A stretch of 64,000 nucleotides of DNA from Candidatus Moraniibacteriota bacterium (GTDB lineage Bacteria > Patescibacteriota > Minisyncoccia > Moranbacterales > GWC2-37-73), in contig DAOOTD010000002.1 of NCBI GenBank assembly GCA_035390125.1, positions 41,908 through 105,907 of the forward strand, read 5' to 3'. Made by a program: the position numbers and the translations under genes. Below, in pieces: positions 19,939 to 31,389 of this stretch. Positions within the stretch are counted from its first letter, which is position 1, and every line of letters begins with the position of its first letter. The notes under the pieces were generated by a model that saw only the letters and a list, made by a program, of their open reading frames with translations, was not told where the DNA came from and made no database searches.

Positions 19939-20208
19939 TTAACCTTTAAGGTTTAGATCCTTTGTTATTTTCTTATAGGATTTTTCATTGGTCTTTTCGA
20001 GATAAGCCATTAGCTTGCGTCTTTTGGCAACCATCTTAAGAAGTCCTCGGCGTGAATGGAAATCTTTCTTGTTTTTCTTAAGGTGAGAAGTCAGTTTTTT
20101 GATTCTCTCTGTGAACATCGCGATCTGATATTCCGGCGAACCGGTATCTTTTTCGTGACGCTTCACTTCTTTTGTCACTTTTTCCTTTTGCTTGTGCGTT
20201 AAAGCCAT
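19939..20208 (-). CDS. rpsO: 30S ribosomal protein S15
   Basis: DTGSPEYQIAMFTERIKKLTSHLKKNKKDFHSRRGLLKMVAKRRKLMAYL is strong S15 identity. True start is the internal Met (MALTHKQ); the track ORF is over-extended. Confidence 0.9.
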   Translation of the reverse strand: MALTHKQKEKVTKEVKRHEKDTGSPEYQIAMFTERIKKLTSHLKKNKKDFHSRRGLLKMVAKRRKLMAYLEKTNEKSYKKITKDLNLKG

Positions 20209-20351
20209 AGCATTTTGTAGGCGATGAATGAGTTTTGGTTTACCCTCACGCCAACACTGTTGGTTGTGGAGAGCTGTGCCGAAAACCAATCCATGCTCAT
20301 TAAATTATTACTAAAAAACGATATCATAAATAATCTATTATGGCAATATAT

Positions 20352-22817
20352 TTATATTATTGCTGCGGCAGAAACTTTATCTCCCGTGCTTGGTTTCATA
20401 ATTCTGACACCTTGCGTAGCGCGGCCGAGAGTCGAAATGCTAGAGAGCGGGATGCGGATAATTTGTCCCTGAGCGGAAGTTACAATTAAATCACCTTCAA
20501 TGTCATCAACATTAACAATGTGTGCCCCGACAAGCTTGCCAATCTTGGCGGTAACGTTAGCAGTCTTAATTCCTGATCCTCCGCGATGCTGAATTTTGTA
20601 AGCTGAAAGATCGGTGCGTTTTCCGAAACCATTTTCAGAAATTATCAGCAACTGATTTCCTTTTTGTCCTTTAATGACAACATCCATTCCAACAACCCTG
20701 TCGCTTCCTTTGAGTTTGATGCCACGCACGCCGGCTGCATTTCTCCCCATAGCTCTTACATCTGACTCCCTAAATCTAATAGCCTGTCCCCCGGAAGTGC
20801 TAATAATAATCTCATCTGTTCCAGTTGTTGGTAAAACCCAATTTAAAGTGTCGCCTTTGTCTAATGTTATGGCAATGAGTCCACTTCTCCTGACATTATC
20901 AAAGTCTTCCACTTTAGTTTTCTTGACCACTCCAGCTGTTGTGGTAAAGAAAAAGAATTTATATCCATCAGATTTGTTAAATGGAATCATAGCAGTGATT
21001 TTTTCTTCTTGTCCAAGTTGTAAGAAATTTACAATCGCCTGACCTTTAGCAGTCCTAGATGATTCTGGGATTTCATAGGCCTTGGTTTGAAAAACTTTTC
21101 CTGAATTTGTGAAGAACATTAGATTGTCATGGGCCATAACACTGGTAACTTTTTCAATTGAATCTCCTTCGCGCGTAGTGGCGCCAATAACTCCCTTGCC
21201 GCCACGTTTCTGAACTTTATAAACCCCAGGATTCATACGCTTGATATAGCCATCTTGTGAAATAGTGATAATGGCTTCCTCGTTTGGAATCAAATCTTCC
21301 TGCTTGAATTCTTCAATGCCAGTTTTTAGTACTTTAGTTTTGCGTTCGTCACCGTATTTTTCTTTGAGCTCAATGAGTTCATTTTTAACAACAGCCAAAA
21401 TTTTCTTAGGGCTGGCTAATAAACTTTCCAGCTCGGCAATAAGATTTAATTTTTCTTTTAACTCATCTTCAATTTTCTTTCTTTCCAGTCCCGCTAAAGT
21501 CTGAAGTTTCATTTCCAGAATAGCACTAGCCTGTTTCTCGGATAATTTAAATTTTTTCATCAAATTAGCATGAGCCTCTTCTTTAGTTGGAGATTTTTTG
21601 ATAGTTTCAATGACTGCATCAATATGATCCAATGCTTTCTTTAATCCTTCCAGAATATGAGCGCGATCCCTAGCTTTATCCAACTCAAACTGCGTGCGCC
21701 TTTTGACTACTATGTTTCGGTGCTGGATATAGTGTTCCAAAATTGATTTCAAGTTTAAAATCTGTGGATCAATACCATCAACTAAGGCCAGCATGTTTAC
21801 ATTGAAATTCTTCTGCAAATCAGTCGTATCGTAAAGCTTATTTAAAACCTTTTGCGGATAAGCATCCTTTTTAAGGTCAATAACTATACGCACACCCTCT
21901 TTGTCTGACTCATCGCGCAAATCCTTGATACCTAATATTTTTCCGTCTCTTACTAATTCAGCAATTTTAGCTATCAAGGCTGATTTATTAGTGGCATAGG
22001 TTATCTCAGAAACGATGACCTGGAAGTTTCCTGCTTTTGTTTCCACTATTTCTGCCTTGGCTCTGGTTACGATTTTGCCGCGTCCGGTAGAATAAGCTTC
22101 TCGAATTCCTGGTGTATTATACATGATTCCTCCAGTTGGGAAATCAGGCCCTTTTATAAAATGCATCAAATCGTTAACAGTAGCTTCTGGGTTATCAATT
22201 AAGTGATTTATGGCATCAGCTAATTCGCTTAAATTGTGTGGAGGAATGTTTGTAGCCATACCAACAGCAATACCCATTGTTCCGTTAAGTAGAAGCTGGG
22301 GCAATTTGGCTGGCAATACAACTGGCTCTTTATGTACTCCATCAAAATTAGGCACGAAATCGACGGTGTTTTTTTCGATATCAAAAAGCATCTCTTCTGC
22401 AATAGGTCTAAGCTTTGCTTCTGTATAACGATATGCAGCTGCGCCATCCCCATCCATAGAGCCAAAGTTTCCCTGTCCCCAAATTAATGGATAGCGCAAG
22501 GAAAAATCCTGAGCTAAACGCACCATGGATTCATAAACAGCACTGTCGCCATGCGGATGATATTTTCCTAAAACTTCTCCGACAACGGTAGCTGATTTTC
22601 TGAATTTGGCAGAAGGTCTCAGTCCGCTTTCCCACATGGAATATAAAATCCGACGGTGAACAGGTTTTAGTCCATCGCGGACATCAGGCAAAGCGCGAGC
22701 CACGATTACACTCATAGCATAATCAAGATAAGACTGTTGCACTTCAGACACAATCTCTTGTGATGTAATAGTTTCCTTTTCAAGACCTGTTTTTTTGGAA
22801 GACTCTGTTTTCATCAT
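20352..22817 (-). CDS. gyrA: DNA gyrase subunit A
   Basis: Topo IV/gyrase A catalytic core (AAAMRYTEAKL-like block) and a GyrA-box-like QKRGGKGV in the C-terminal beta-pinwheel. Confidence 0.95.
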   Translation of the reverse strand: MMKTESSKKTGLEKETITSQEIVSEVQQSYLDYAMSVIVARALPDVRDGLKPVHRRILYSMWESGLRPSAKFRKSATVVGEVLGKYHPHGDSAVYESMVRLAQDFSLRYPLIWGQGNFGSMDGDGAAAYRYTEAKLRPIAEEMLFDIEKNTVDFVPNFDGVHKEPVVLPAKLPQLLLNGTMGIAVGMATNIPPHNLSELADAINHLIDNPEATVNDLMHFIKGPDFPTGGIMYNTPGIREAYSTGRGKIVTRAKAEIVETKAGNFQVIVSEITYATNKSALIAKIAELVRDGKILGIKDLRDESDKEGVRIVIDLKKDAYPQKVLNKLYDTTDLQKNFNVNMLALVDGIDPQILNLKSILEHYIQHRNIVVKRRTQFELDKARDRAHILEGLKKALDHIDAVIETIKKSPTKEEAHANLMKKFKLSEKQASAILEMKLQTLAGLERKKIEDELKEKLNLIAELESLLASPKKILAVVKNELIELKEKYGDERKTKVLKTGIEEFKQEDLIPNEEAIITISQDGYIKRMNPGVYKVQKRGGKGVIGATTREGDSIEKVTSVMAHDNLMFFTNSGKVFQTKAYEIPESSRTAKGQAIVNFLQLGQEEKITAMIPFNKSDGYKFFFFTTTAGVVKKTKVEDFDNVRRSGLIAITLDKGDTLNWVLPTTGTDEIIISTSGGQAIRFRESDVRAMGRNAAGVRGIKLKGSDRVVGMDVVIKGQKGNQLLIISENGFGKRTDLSAYKIQHRGGSGIKTANVTAKIGKLVGAHIVNVDDIEGDLIVTSAQGQIIRIPLSSISTLGRATQGVRIMKPSTGDKVSAAAII

Positions 22818-22873
22818 TTATTTTATAAATTTAAATATGGAATGTTTACCTAAAATTTTAATTAACATTATTT

Positions 22874-23257
22874 TCATTGATTGTTAGCTGGCAAATCAAT
22901 ATACCTGTTTGACTCTACCCCACTAGTAATATCAAGCGAGTCAATAGAATTATTATCAGAAGTGTTAGTATCAGGAAGAGTTTTTTCGTTACTAGTGTTG
23001 CTATTAACAGAAGATTCCGGACTGAGTTTTTCTATAGAGAGATTTTGCTCTGATAATGCCCGCATTTGTTCATTAATGCTTGGAATAATTTCATTATTTA
23101 AATTACGATGCTCAGCAATCATTGAATTTATTGAAAAAATCCACACTAAAAAGAAAACAATCATGAAAAAGGCAACACATCCCCACACATATAACATACG
23201 TATATGTTCCGGCTGATTACGAATAAGCTCAATTTTTTTAGAAATATTTATTGACAC
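22874..23257 (-). CDS. hypothetical N-terminally anchored protein (FtsB/DivIC-like topology)
   Basis: Single N-terminal TM, then a coiled-coil-like segment and a Ser/Asn-rich tail. Confidence 0.35.
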   Translation of the reverse strand: MSINISKKIELIRNQPEHIRMLYVWGCVAFFMIVFFLVWIFSINSMIAEHRNLNNEIIPSINEQMRALSEQNLSIEKLSPESSVNSNTSNEKTLPDTNTSDNNSIDSLDITSGVESNRYIDLPANNQ

Positions 23258-23304
23258 AGGTTCTTGCTTTATTTATATTAAAAAGTTTTTTATAAGCACA
23301 ATCA

Positions 23305-23967
23305 CTAAGCCTCATGTTTCATTAGAATTATTTCCATGCCCTTATTTTCAAGGTCTTTTTTCTTTACATTTAATCTGGATATTTTTTCCTTGGGACAATT
23401 TCCTATCTCGGTGCAAAACTTTTTTTCATCTTCTATTTTTAAGTTTAATCCGGGTACTTTGTAATGCATTGGAATAACCAGAGTTGGTTCTATTTTGTGA
23501 ACCAATTCGGCAGCTTTTTTTCCATCCAACGTGTAGGTTCCACCAATTGGAATTAAAAGAATGTCTACGCCGTCAATTTCTTCAAGTTGTTTAGCTGTCA
23601 AATCGCAACCCAAATCTCCCAGATGACAAATTTTTAGACCTTCTGCCTCAATAATAAAAATAGTAGAATGTCCTCTCAGTGTTCCATTTTGATTATCATG
23701 AAAAGAATCTATTCCTAAAACGTTTATGCCTTTAACTGCATATTCTCCGGGTGTATCTATAATAACAGGGTTGCCCTTTATAGCTGTTGTATTGTTGTGG
23801 TCATTATGATCATGAGAAACAAAAACAACATCTGCCTGACCCTGTGGTGGCCTGAGTCCAATTCCCTTATTAAAGGGATCAAAAAAAACAACAATATCTT
23901 CAGTTGCTCTACCTGCTGGTTTTGTTGATATTTTGAAACAAGAGTGTCCGTAATATTGAATTTGCAT
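23305..23967 (-). CDS. MBL-fold metallo-hydrolase
   Basis: HxHxDH-type motif (VVFVSHDHNDHNN) and downstream conserved His/Asp. Confidence 0.75.
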   Translation of the reverse strand: MQIQYYGHSCFKISTKPAGRATEDIVVFFDPFNKGIGLRPPQGQADVVFVSHDHNDHNNTTAIKGNPVIIDTPGEYAVKGINVLGIDSFHDNQNGTLRGHSTIFIIEAEGLKICHLGDLGCDLTAKQLEEIDGVDILLIPIGGTYTLDGKKAAELVHKIEPTLVIPMHYKVPGLNLKIEDEKKFCTEIGNCPKEKISRLNVKKKDLENKGMEIILMKHEA

Positions 23968-24322
23968 ATAATATCTTATTTATACAAAATTAGTATATCA
24001 CGCTGGAGACTTTTTGTCGAGAGTTTTTAGGCAAAAAAACACTCATTTAAAAGCAAAAAAAATAACTATAAAATAATTTCTGAGCTATAATTGATTTATA
24101 AAAGCATAAAACAACAATTGACCCGGCAATACAAAAACAGTGCTGGGCTTGTCAAATTAATAAATATACTATATACTTATCCTGCAGTTAATTATTAAGA
24201 AAATTAAATAGCGAAATGCTTCAATTTCGCAATAAAGATTTCTTTTTAATTTCCTGAAGGGAAATTTTTTTGTGCCTTTTAATTATTAAGGCAGGTTGGG
24301 CACACCTGATAATACTAAAAAT

Positions 24323-25546
24323 ATGGCAAAAAATATACTAGATAAGTTGGCCGAGGAAGTTGATAAAATAAAAAGCAACATTGCTTCTACAGAGCCAAAA
24401 AAAAGCAAGAAAACCATTTCTAAAATAGCAAAAACAACAAAAGAAGGAAATGTTTCTTTAATGGAAAGTTTGCTGGAGAAAAATCCGGTAAAAATACCTC
24501 AAATAGGGGATGTTTTAGAGGGAACTGTCATGGATATTACCTCAAACTCATTACTGCTTGACTTAGGAGCTCTAGGAACTGGCGTTGTTTTGGGAAAAGA
24601 AATAAAGGATGGCCTAGCTCTAAATAAAGTAAAAAAAGGAGACAAAGTCGGAGCAACGCTTGTTGATTTTGAAAATGAAGATGGCTATATAGAACTCTCA
24701 ATTCGCGAGGCTTCTTATGAACGAGCATGGGACGACCTTGAATCAAAAAGAGATTCTATGTCAGCGGTTACAACTAAAGTTCTCGATGCGAATAAAGGGG
24801 GTCTTATGGTTGAAATAAATGGAATAACCGGTTTTATTCCTGTTTCACAGCTTTCAAGCGAACATTATCCAAGAGTTGAAGATGGTGATAAAAACAAAAT
24901 ACTTGAGCTTCTTAAAAAAATGGTAGGCAAGGAAATTCTAGTAAGAATATTGGATGTAGATAGGGAAGCGGAAAAACTGATTATAAGCGAAAGAGCTGCA
25001 TCAAGCGAAAAAGAAAAAGAGGTGATTTCTCAGTTACAGGTGGGAGATATTATAGAAGGCGAAATCAGTGGAGTTGTTGATTTTGGAGCATTTGTAAAAT
25101 TTCTGCCACCATCAAAAGCAGATTCGACTAACGAAAGTGATAAAATAGAAGGGTTGGTACATATTTCTGAATTAGCTTGGCAACTAATTGATGATCCAAG
25201 AACGATCATCAAAACAAATGATAAAGTTAAAGCTAAAATAATTGGAATTGATGATACCAGAATCTCCCTTTCTATGAAGGCCTTAGCTAAAGATCCGTGG
25301 AGTGAAATTGCAGAGAAGTATAAAGTTGGAGATACGGTTCAAGGAAAAATAGACAAAATTAACCCGTTTGGAGCTTTTGTATATTTAGACAAGGACATTC
25401 ATGGTCTAGCTCATGTTAGCGAATTCCAGGAAGTTTATCCGGGCAAAAAAATGGATGAAATTCTAAAAGCTGGAGAAACATATTCTTGGAAAATTCTTTC
25501 CATTGAGCCGAAAGACCATAGGATGGGATTAATAATTGTTAAATAA
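24323..25546 (+). CDS. rpsA: 30S ribosomal protein S1-like (four S1 domains)
   Basis: Repeated S1 OB-fold segments (GDVLEGTVMDI..., GGLMVEINGITGFIPVSQL, GDIIEGEISGVVDFGAFVKF, GDTVQGKIDKINPFGAFVYL). ATG at 24323 preferred over the upstream TTG. Confidence 0.8.
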   Translation: MAKNILDKLAEEVDKIKSNIASTEPKKSKKTISKIAKTTKEGNVSLMESLLEKNPVKIPQIGDVLEGTVMDITSNSLLLDLGALGTGVVLGKEIKDGLALNKVKKGDKVGATLVDFENEDGYIELSIREASYERAWDDLESKRDSMSAVTTKVLDANKGGLMVEINGITGFIPVSQLSSEHYPRVEDGDKNKILELLKKMVGKEILVRILDVDREAEKLIISERAASSEKEKEVISQLQVGDIIEGEISGVVDFGAFVKFLPPSKADSTNESDKIEGLVHISELAWQLIDDPRTIIKTNDKVKAKIIGIDDTRISLSMKALAKDPWSEIAEKYKVGDTVQGKIDKINPFGAFVYLDKDIHGLAHVSEFQEVYPGKKMDEILKAGETYSWKILSIEPKDHRMGLIIVK

Positions 25547-25569
25547 TAGAAGTATTTTTGATAAATATG

Positions 25570-25597
25570 AAAACCCCGATTTTTATCGGGGTTTTTT
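25570..25597 (+). terminator. rho-independent terminator after rpsA
   Basis: aaaaccccgatttttatcggggtttttt. Confidence 0.8.
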
Positions 25598-25656
25598 GTT
25601 TTCAGACATTGCATTATGTTAAAATATATATATATACTTATATAACCAATAAAAAC

Positions 25657-26232
25657 ATGAAAAAATCAAAAATTATTATAATAGCGGGACCTACTGGTTG
25701 CGGTGAAAGCACTGTAACTAAAGAAATTATAAAAAAATTCCCGAAGTTTAAACGCTTAGTAACTGCAACGACTCGAATGCCAAGACTTAATGAAAAAAAT
25801 AAAATTGATTATTATTTTTTTTCAAAAAAAAGATTTAAAAATGAAATTGAAAAAGGAAACATTTTAGAATATACGTATATTAAAAACAGAGACACTTATT
25901 ATGGCACATACAAAAAAGACTTAGAAAAAAAATTAAATAGTGGCTTTAGTTTGATAATTAATCCAGACGTTATAGGTGCAAAATTTTTTAAAGAGAATTA
26001 TAGAGCAGTGACTATTTTTGTAAAACCAGAATCCATAGAAAGTCTCAAAAAGCGCCTAATGGATCGTGACCCGAATATTTCTCAAACTGAGCTAAAAAAA
26101 CGGCTTGAAAACGCAAAAAAAGAAATTAAAAATGAAGAGAGATTTTACGACTATACGATTATAAATAAATATGGAAAATTAAATCAAGCAGTCAAAGAAG
26201 TAATAAAAATAATTAAAAAAAATAATGTCTAA
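25657..26232 (+). CDS. gmk: guanylate kinase
   Basis: P-loop IIIIAGPTGCGEST and TTRMPR...Y motif. The track ORF start lies inside the rpsA terminator, so the true start is ATG 25657. Confidence 0.85.
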   Translation: MKKSKIIIIAGPTGCGESTVTKEIIKKFPKFKRLVTATTRMPRLNEKNKIDYYFFSKKRFKNEIEKGNILEYTYIKNRDTYYGTYKKDLEKKLNSGFSLIINPDVIGAKFFKENYRAVTIFVKPESIESLKKRLMDRDPNISQTELKKRLENAKKEIKNEERFYDYTIINKYGKLNQAVKEVIKIIKKNNV

Positions 26233-27187
26233 CCTCATCAAAAACATCCAGAATTTTGCTTTTCAAAACAATCTTTGGGAAAAAGGAGCAAAGATTGTTT
26301 TGGGTGTGTCTGGCGGGCCAGACAGTGTTTGTCTTTTAGATATTTTCAATAAACTATCTAAAAAATATGATTTTGAATTGCACATTGTTCATGTAAATTA
26401 TAATCTTCGCGGGAAAGACTCAAAAAAAGACGAATTATTCGTGAAAGATTTGGCAAAAAAATATAAGATTGCCATCGATGCTCTTTCTTCAAAGAAAAAA
26501 AATAAAGGCAATTTGGAAAATAATCTGCGCAAAATCCGTTATGATTACCTTGAACAAATCCGCAAAAAATTAAAATTCGATATTATCGCAGTTGCACACA
26601 ATCAGGATGATCAGGCTGAGACTGTTTTAATGCGTATTATAAGAGGCACAGGTCTCAATGGCCTTTCGGCCATGAAAGCTAAAAATGGAAAAATTATCCG
26701 ACCGCTTCTAGGTATTAGCCGCAAAGAAATACTTGGTTATCTGAAAAAAAATAAACTTAAATACAGAATTGATAAATCTAATAGTGATACAAAATTTACC
26801 CGAAACGCTGTAAGACATAAACTTATCCCATTTTTAGAAAAAAAATTCAATTCCTCGATTAAAAAAACTCTTAGTCATTGGTCATTTTCAGTAGCAGACG
26901 ACTATGAGTTTATAAATAAAAACACAGAAGACTTTATGAATAATATCCATAAAAGCAATTACGTTAAATTTAGCGCTAAAAATTTTCTTAAATTACACAG
27001 TGCTATTCAGCGGCAAACACTAAGAAATATTTTTCAAGAACTGAAAATAATAGCAGACGTTGATAATCAGCAAATTGAAGAAATTTCTAAAATAATCAGG
27101 AGCACCAAAAACAAGAGTCAGAAAAGCTTAATAGGAGGCTTGAGTATATTAAAAAAAGGTGATAAGGTTATTATGTTTTTGAAATAA
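26225..27187 (+). CDS. tilS: tRNA(Ile)-lysidine synthetase
   Basis: PP-loop SGGPDS (VLGVSGGPDSVCLL). Upstream of ftsH as in many bacteria. Confidence 0.85.
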   Translation: MSNLIKNIQNFAFQNNLWEKGAKIVLGVSGGPDSVCLLDIFNKLSKKYDFELHIVHVNYNLRGKDSKKDELFVKDLAKKYKIAIDALSSKKKNKGNLENNLRKIRYDYLEQIRKKLKFDIIAVAHNQDDQAETVLMRIIRGTGLNGLSAMKAKNGKIIRPLLGISRKEILGYLKKNKLKYRIDKSNSDTKFTRNAVRHKLIPFLEKKFNSSIKKTLSHWSFSVADDYEFINKNTEDFMNNIHKSNYVKFSAKNFLKLHSAIQRQTLRNIFQELKIIADVDNQQIEEISKIIRSTKNKSQKSLIGGLSILKKGDKVIMFLK

Positions 27188-27222
27188 CAAAATAAAGAAA
27201 ATAACTCGTAAAATTTAAAAAA

Positions 27223-29064
27223 ATGGAAAAATTTTTAAAAAATATAGGTTTTGTTGTATTGTTTTTTCTTCTTCTTTCAACAATAATGATTCTTTACAGC
27301 GGACCAGCTCAAAAACCAGCCACTATCTCATTGAGCGAACTAGTCACTCAGATAAATGAGGGAAAGGTTAGGGCTATTTCCATAAAAGGAAATGACTTAG
27401 AAATTGAATTAAATGATGGCACAAAAGAAATTTCTATTAAGGAACCTCAAAGCGCTCTGACTGATTCACTTAATAATTATGGAGCTGATAAAGAAAAATT
27501 TAAGGCAGTTCAAATGAAAATTATTCAAGAATCAGGCTTTAGTTCTTTTGCTAAAAATATACTTATTCCGATATTTCTCCCATTTGTTATTATAGGTGCC
27601 TTTATTTGGTTTATGTTTAGGCAAGCCCAAAGAGGAAATTCCCAGGCCTTATCTTTTGGTTTAAGCAAAGCAAGAATGACCGATCCAAAAGATAAAAATA
27701 AAAAAACAACCTTTGCAGACGTTGCTGGAGCCAAGGAGGCAAAAGAAGAGCTGGGGGAAATTGTAGAATTTTTAAAACATCCCAAAAAATTTATCTCAAT
27801 CGGAGCAAAAATTCCAAAAGGCGTTTTGCTTCTTGGCTCCCCAGGAACAGGAAAAACGCTTATTGCAAAAGCAGTGGCCGGTGAAGCCGGAGTGCCATTT
27901 TTTAATATAAGTGGTTCTGAATTCGTAGAAATGTTTGTAGGCGTTGGAGCAAGCAGGGTGCGTGATCTTTTTAAACAAGCGAAAAAAAATGCGCCAGCGA
28001 TAGTTTTTATTGACGAAATAGATGCAGTAGGCAGACACAGAGGGGCTGGTCTAGGAGGCGGTCACGACGAAAGAGAGCAGACACTGAATCAAATTTTGGT
28101 AGAAATGGATGGTTTTGAGAGCAATGTTAGCGTTATTGTAATCGCTGCCACAAATCGTCCGGATGTATTGGACCCAGCGCTTTTAAGGCCAGGACGCTTT
28201 GATCGACGCGTAGTTATGGACTTACCAGACATAAACGAGAGAGAAGAAATCTTAAAGATACATATGAAAAATAAACCTTTAGCAAAAGACATAAATGTCA
28301 GGACTTTGGCCGAAAGGACAGCGGGATTTTCTGGAGCAGATTTGGCTAACCTGGTAAATGAGGCTGCTATATTATCTGTAAGACGTGACAAAAAATCTAT
28401 AACGGAAGATGAACTGAAAGAATCAATAGAAAAAGTTATTCTTGGTCCAGAAAGGCGCAGTAAGGCCATAAACAAGAAAGAAAAAGAAATAATAGCCTAT
28501 CATGAAGCGGGACATGCCTTGGTAGGAGCCACCCTGCCAAATGCTGATCCTGTACAGAAAGTTTCTGTTATTGCCCGCGGACAAGCTGGCGGATACACAT
28601 TATCTGCTCCGACAGAAGATAAAAGACTTCAATCAAAAGCTTATTTTCTTGATGAATTAGCAACGCTTCTTGGCGGACATGTTAGCGAGAAAATGTTTAT
28701 TGGTGACCTTACTACCGGACCATCAAATGATTTAGAAAGAGCCACTCATATGGCCAGAGCTATGGTTACCAGATATGGCATGAGCAGTTTAGGGCCCAGG
28801 ACATTTGGCAAAAAAGAGGAACTCGTTTTTCTGGGCCGGGAAATAAGTGAAGAAAAAGATTATTCGGAACACACAGCTGAAGCTATAGACAAAGAAGTTT
28901 CTTTTTTGATAAAGAATGCTTTTGATACTGCCGAAAAAATCCTAAAGGAAAAGCAGGACATCTTGAAGAAGCTGGTTGCTGAGCTTTTAGAAAAAGAAAC
29001 TCTTGAAAAAGATGAATTCGATGAAATTGTTGGTATAAAAACGACCAAGAACGAATCCGAATAA
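27223..29064 (+). CDS. ftsH: ATP-dependent zinc metalloprotease FtsH
   Basis: N-terminal TM pair, AAA Walker [12 protein letters not shown] region, zinc site HEAGHA. Confidence 0.95.
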   Translation: MEKFLKNIGFVVLFFLLLSTIMILYSGPAQKPATISLSELVTQINEGKVRAISIKGNDLEIELNDGTKEISIKEPQSALTDSLNNYGADKEKFKAVQMKIIQESGFSSFAKNILIPIFLPFVIIGAFIWFMFRQAQRGNSQALSFGLSKARMTDPKDKNKKTTFADVAGAKEAKEELGEIVEFLKHPKKFISIGAKIPKGVLLLGSPGTGKTLIAKAVAGEAGVPFFNISGSEFVEMFVGVGASRVRDLFKQAKKNAPAIVFIDEIDAVGRHRGAGLGGGHDEREQTLNQILVEMDGFESNVSVIVIAATNRPDVLDPALLRPGRFDRRVVMDLPDINEREEILKIHMKNKPLAKDINVRTLAERTAGFSGADLANLVNEAAILSVRRDKKSITEDELKESIEKVILGPERRSKAINKKEKEIIAYHEAGHALVGATLPNADPVQKVSVIARGQAGGYTLSAPTEDKRLQSKAYFLDELATLLGGHVSEKMFIGDLTTGPSNDLERATHMARAMVTRYGMSSLGPRTFGKKEELVFLGREISEEKDYSEHTAEAIDKEVSFLIKNAFDTAEKILKEKQDILKKLVAELLEKETLEKDEFDEIVGIKTTKNESE

Positions 29065-29109
29065 AAAACCAAGACAAAAAACAAACAGATAATCGAAAGA
29101 ATATTATTT

Positions 29110-30036
29110 ATGAAAATAAAAGCAATTAAATATTCCGATATCTTCAGAAAATCATTAGCTATGGCACTTAGAAACAAACCAATGTGGTTTTTCGGCTTGC
29201 TTATTTTTCTTAGTTCAATTTTTTCAAATGTAATGAATGTTTTTTCTACAACCGGAAACAAAGAACAAGTGCAATCCCTGATAATAGTGGTGAAAGAAAA
29301 TCCCTCATTTTTTCTAAAAGCAGTCATTGTTTTTGTTTTATTATGGCTGGTATTTTTTCTTTTAAGGTTTATTGCAATTGCTGGAATTATAAAGTCTGCA
29401 AACAACATTAATATATATAAGCAAAGCAAAATTAGAGCTATCTTTTACGAGGGGACAATATATTTATGGCCCATGTTCTTAATTGAAATTATAATCAGTT
29501 TCGCATTAGCTGTAATTTTTTTGGCACTTTATTTTCCTGTTTTATATTTATTGATTCTTGGAGAAAAGTTTTTTGCAGCAAGCTTATTTTTAACTGCTTC
29601 TTTTATCATTACTGTAATAGTTGTTGTGGCATATTATTTAAAAAAATATGCCTATTTATATGTTGTTATTGGCAATATGAAAATAAAAATGGCCATAGAA
29701 GAAGCTTATCGTTTGCTGGCGAAAAATATTTGGGAAAGTCTGATAATGGGATGCTTTATTGGAATTTTACAAGTGTTATTTTCAGCGGTGCTTTTATCAT
29801 TGTTATTTCTTGACTTAATGATATATTCTCAAATATTTGAGATGAAAAATATCTTTGTGGGCTTGATTATGGTTATTGAAATTTTAATTTTTATAGCATT
29901 GTTCTCAATATATGCCTCTTTTTATCAGATTGTCTGGGTTTTATTTTTTCAGGAAATTTCTTTAGATAAAAAGGAAAATATAGCTGTTAGGGAATTGGAA
30001 ACTGAAACAAAAGAAGCAACAATTGAAACAATATAA
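29110..30036 (+). CDS. hypothetical multi-TM membrane protein
   Basis: 308 aa with about six hydrophobic helices and no recognisable motif. Confidence 0.5.
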   Translation: MKIKAIKYSDIFRKSLAMALRNKPMWFFGLLIFLSSIFSNVMNVFSTTGNKEQVQSLIIVVKENPSFFLKAVIVFVLLWLVFFLLRFIAIAGIIKSANNINIYKQSKIRAIFYEGTIYLWPMFLIEIIISFALAVIFLALYFPVLYLLILGEKFFAASLFLTASFIITVIVVVAYYLKKYAYLYVVIGNMKIKMAIEEAYRLLAKNIWESLIMGCFIGILQVLFSAVLLSLLFLDLMIYSQIFEMKNIFVGLIMVIEILIFIALFSIYASFYQIVWVLFFQEISLDKKENIAVRELETETKEATIETI

Positions 30037-30063
30037 AAATTTAATTTATCTATTTTCATTAAT

Positions 30064-30137
30064 GGGCCTATAGCTCAGTTGGTTAGAGCGCTACATTGAC
30101 ATTGTAGAGGTCTGCAGTTCGAGTCTGCATAGGCCCA
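30064..30137 (+). tRNA. tRNA-Val (anticodon GAC)
   Basis: Cloverleaf folds by eye. Acceptor gggccta/taggccc, anticodon loop ttGACat, T-loop ttcgagt. Confidence 0.85.
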
Positions 30138-30158
30138 CAAAAATTTTTAAAAACAAAA

Positions 30159-30189
30159 AAGAGAATCCAATGGGATTCTCTTTTTTTTG
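30159..30189 (+). terminator. rho-independent terminator
   Basis: gagaatccaatgggattctc followed by T8. Confidence 0.8.
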
Positions 30190-30200
30190 CTTAAATAAGT

Positions 30201-31373
30201 TTAATAACCATAATAATCCAATTCTGCATTACGTTCAGCATCACTGTTATTATTACTGGTAGCATTTCTGACTCCTTCAACAGCAGATCCAATGGCGCCT
30301 ACCTGAGCAGCATTTACAGTGTCAATAGCGCTGTTAAGAGAATCAGTGACTTTATTTGTAACACCGGTTACAGCATTAGTAATAACGTTGTTATAAGCTG
30401 TGCTGAAAGGGAATTGGTTGTTTTGCGCAATAATTGCTGCTTTTCCTTCATCATCAGAAATGCCATAATTAGCCGATCGAGCTAGTGTACTTATAACCAT
30501 GCCTTCAGCAATTTGGGCAAGTGCTGCTCCTGCATCATCAACTCCAGTGGCTTCTGCAGTCATGATGAGATCAGTTCCCATTTTGTCAAGAGTTGAAAAA
30601 GCACTGCTTATGAGGGCTGTTGGCTTGATTATACGTCCAAGCTTTTTTTGTGGTATAAGCCCATTGTTCTGCTCTGTTTTGGCCTGCTCCTTGTTTTGCT
30701 TTAAATATTCATCATATTGGGTCTGAGACATAATAGAAAAACAAGGCAGATTATTGGCGCATTTGACATATGCCATCACTCCTCTCATATTTCTACTCTT
30801 GAAAAGGCTTTGGCGGGGATCACCTCCTCCTGTAATGTCTTGGATATCAGTTGCGTGTTTCTCGCCGCCCTTTATCATTTTGGTGGCACCTGAGCTCAAA
30901 TAAACATCATAAATCGAACCGACACCTTCATAATTAGCAGAAGAAAGCCTTCCTTTGGCGACAGTATTATAAAAGGTTTCCATTTGATTCATGGCTTTCT
31001 GTGCTGGAGCCGTAAATAAATAATTAGCATAGTCTCTTATCATTAAAGACCCACCGCTATCCTCGGAGTCGCCACCGATAAGTTCAGCTGTAAACTTCTG
31101 AACTGCATATAAAGCAACCATTTTAGCAGCAAATACGGCTAAAGCAGCAAGATAATTTTTCAAAACCTCATAAACTTCCCAAGCAAATTCTCCTATGGCT
31201 GTCATCCAATCGCCGAGGTTGGTCACCCAATCTCCGGTATTTGGTACAAAATTCGGTGCATCAAAAACTGTATAAGCTTGGGCTACCTTTAAGTTTGTAA
31301 CAAAAACGCCATAAAATATTATGGAAAAGCATAATATAACTGAGATTACTGAAAAAAAAGGCTTCTTTTTCAT
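30201..31373 (-). CDS. hypothetical secreted/anchored protein
   Basis: N-terminal signal/anchor (MKKKPFFSVISVILCFSIIFYGVFV). Gly/Ala/Thr-rich C-terminal region. Confidence 0.5.
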   Translation of the reverse strand: MKKKPFFSVISVILCFSIIFYGVFVTNLKVAQAYTVFDAPNFVPNTGDWVTNLGDWMTAIGEFAWEVYEVLKNYLAALAVFAAKMVALYAVQKFTAELIGGDSEDSGGSLMIRDYANYLFTAPAQKAMNQMETFYNTVAKGRLSSANYEGVGSIYDVYLSSGATKMIKGGEKHATDIQDITGGGDPRQSLFKSRNMRGVMAYVKCANNLPCFSIMSQTQYDEYLKQNKEQAKTEQNNGLIPQKKLGRIIKPTALISSAFSTLDKMGTDLIMTAEATGVDDAGAALAQIAEGMVISTLARSANYGISDDEGKAAIIAQNNQFPFSTAYNNVITNAVTGVTNKVTDSLNSAIDTVNAAQVGAIGSAVEGVRNATSNNNSDAERNAELDYYGY

Positions 31374-31389
31374 AGCTTGAAAAACTTAT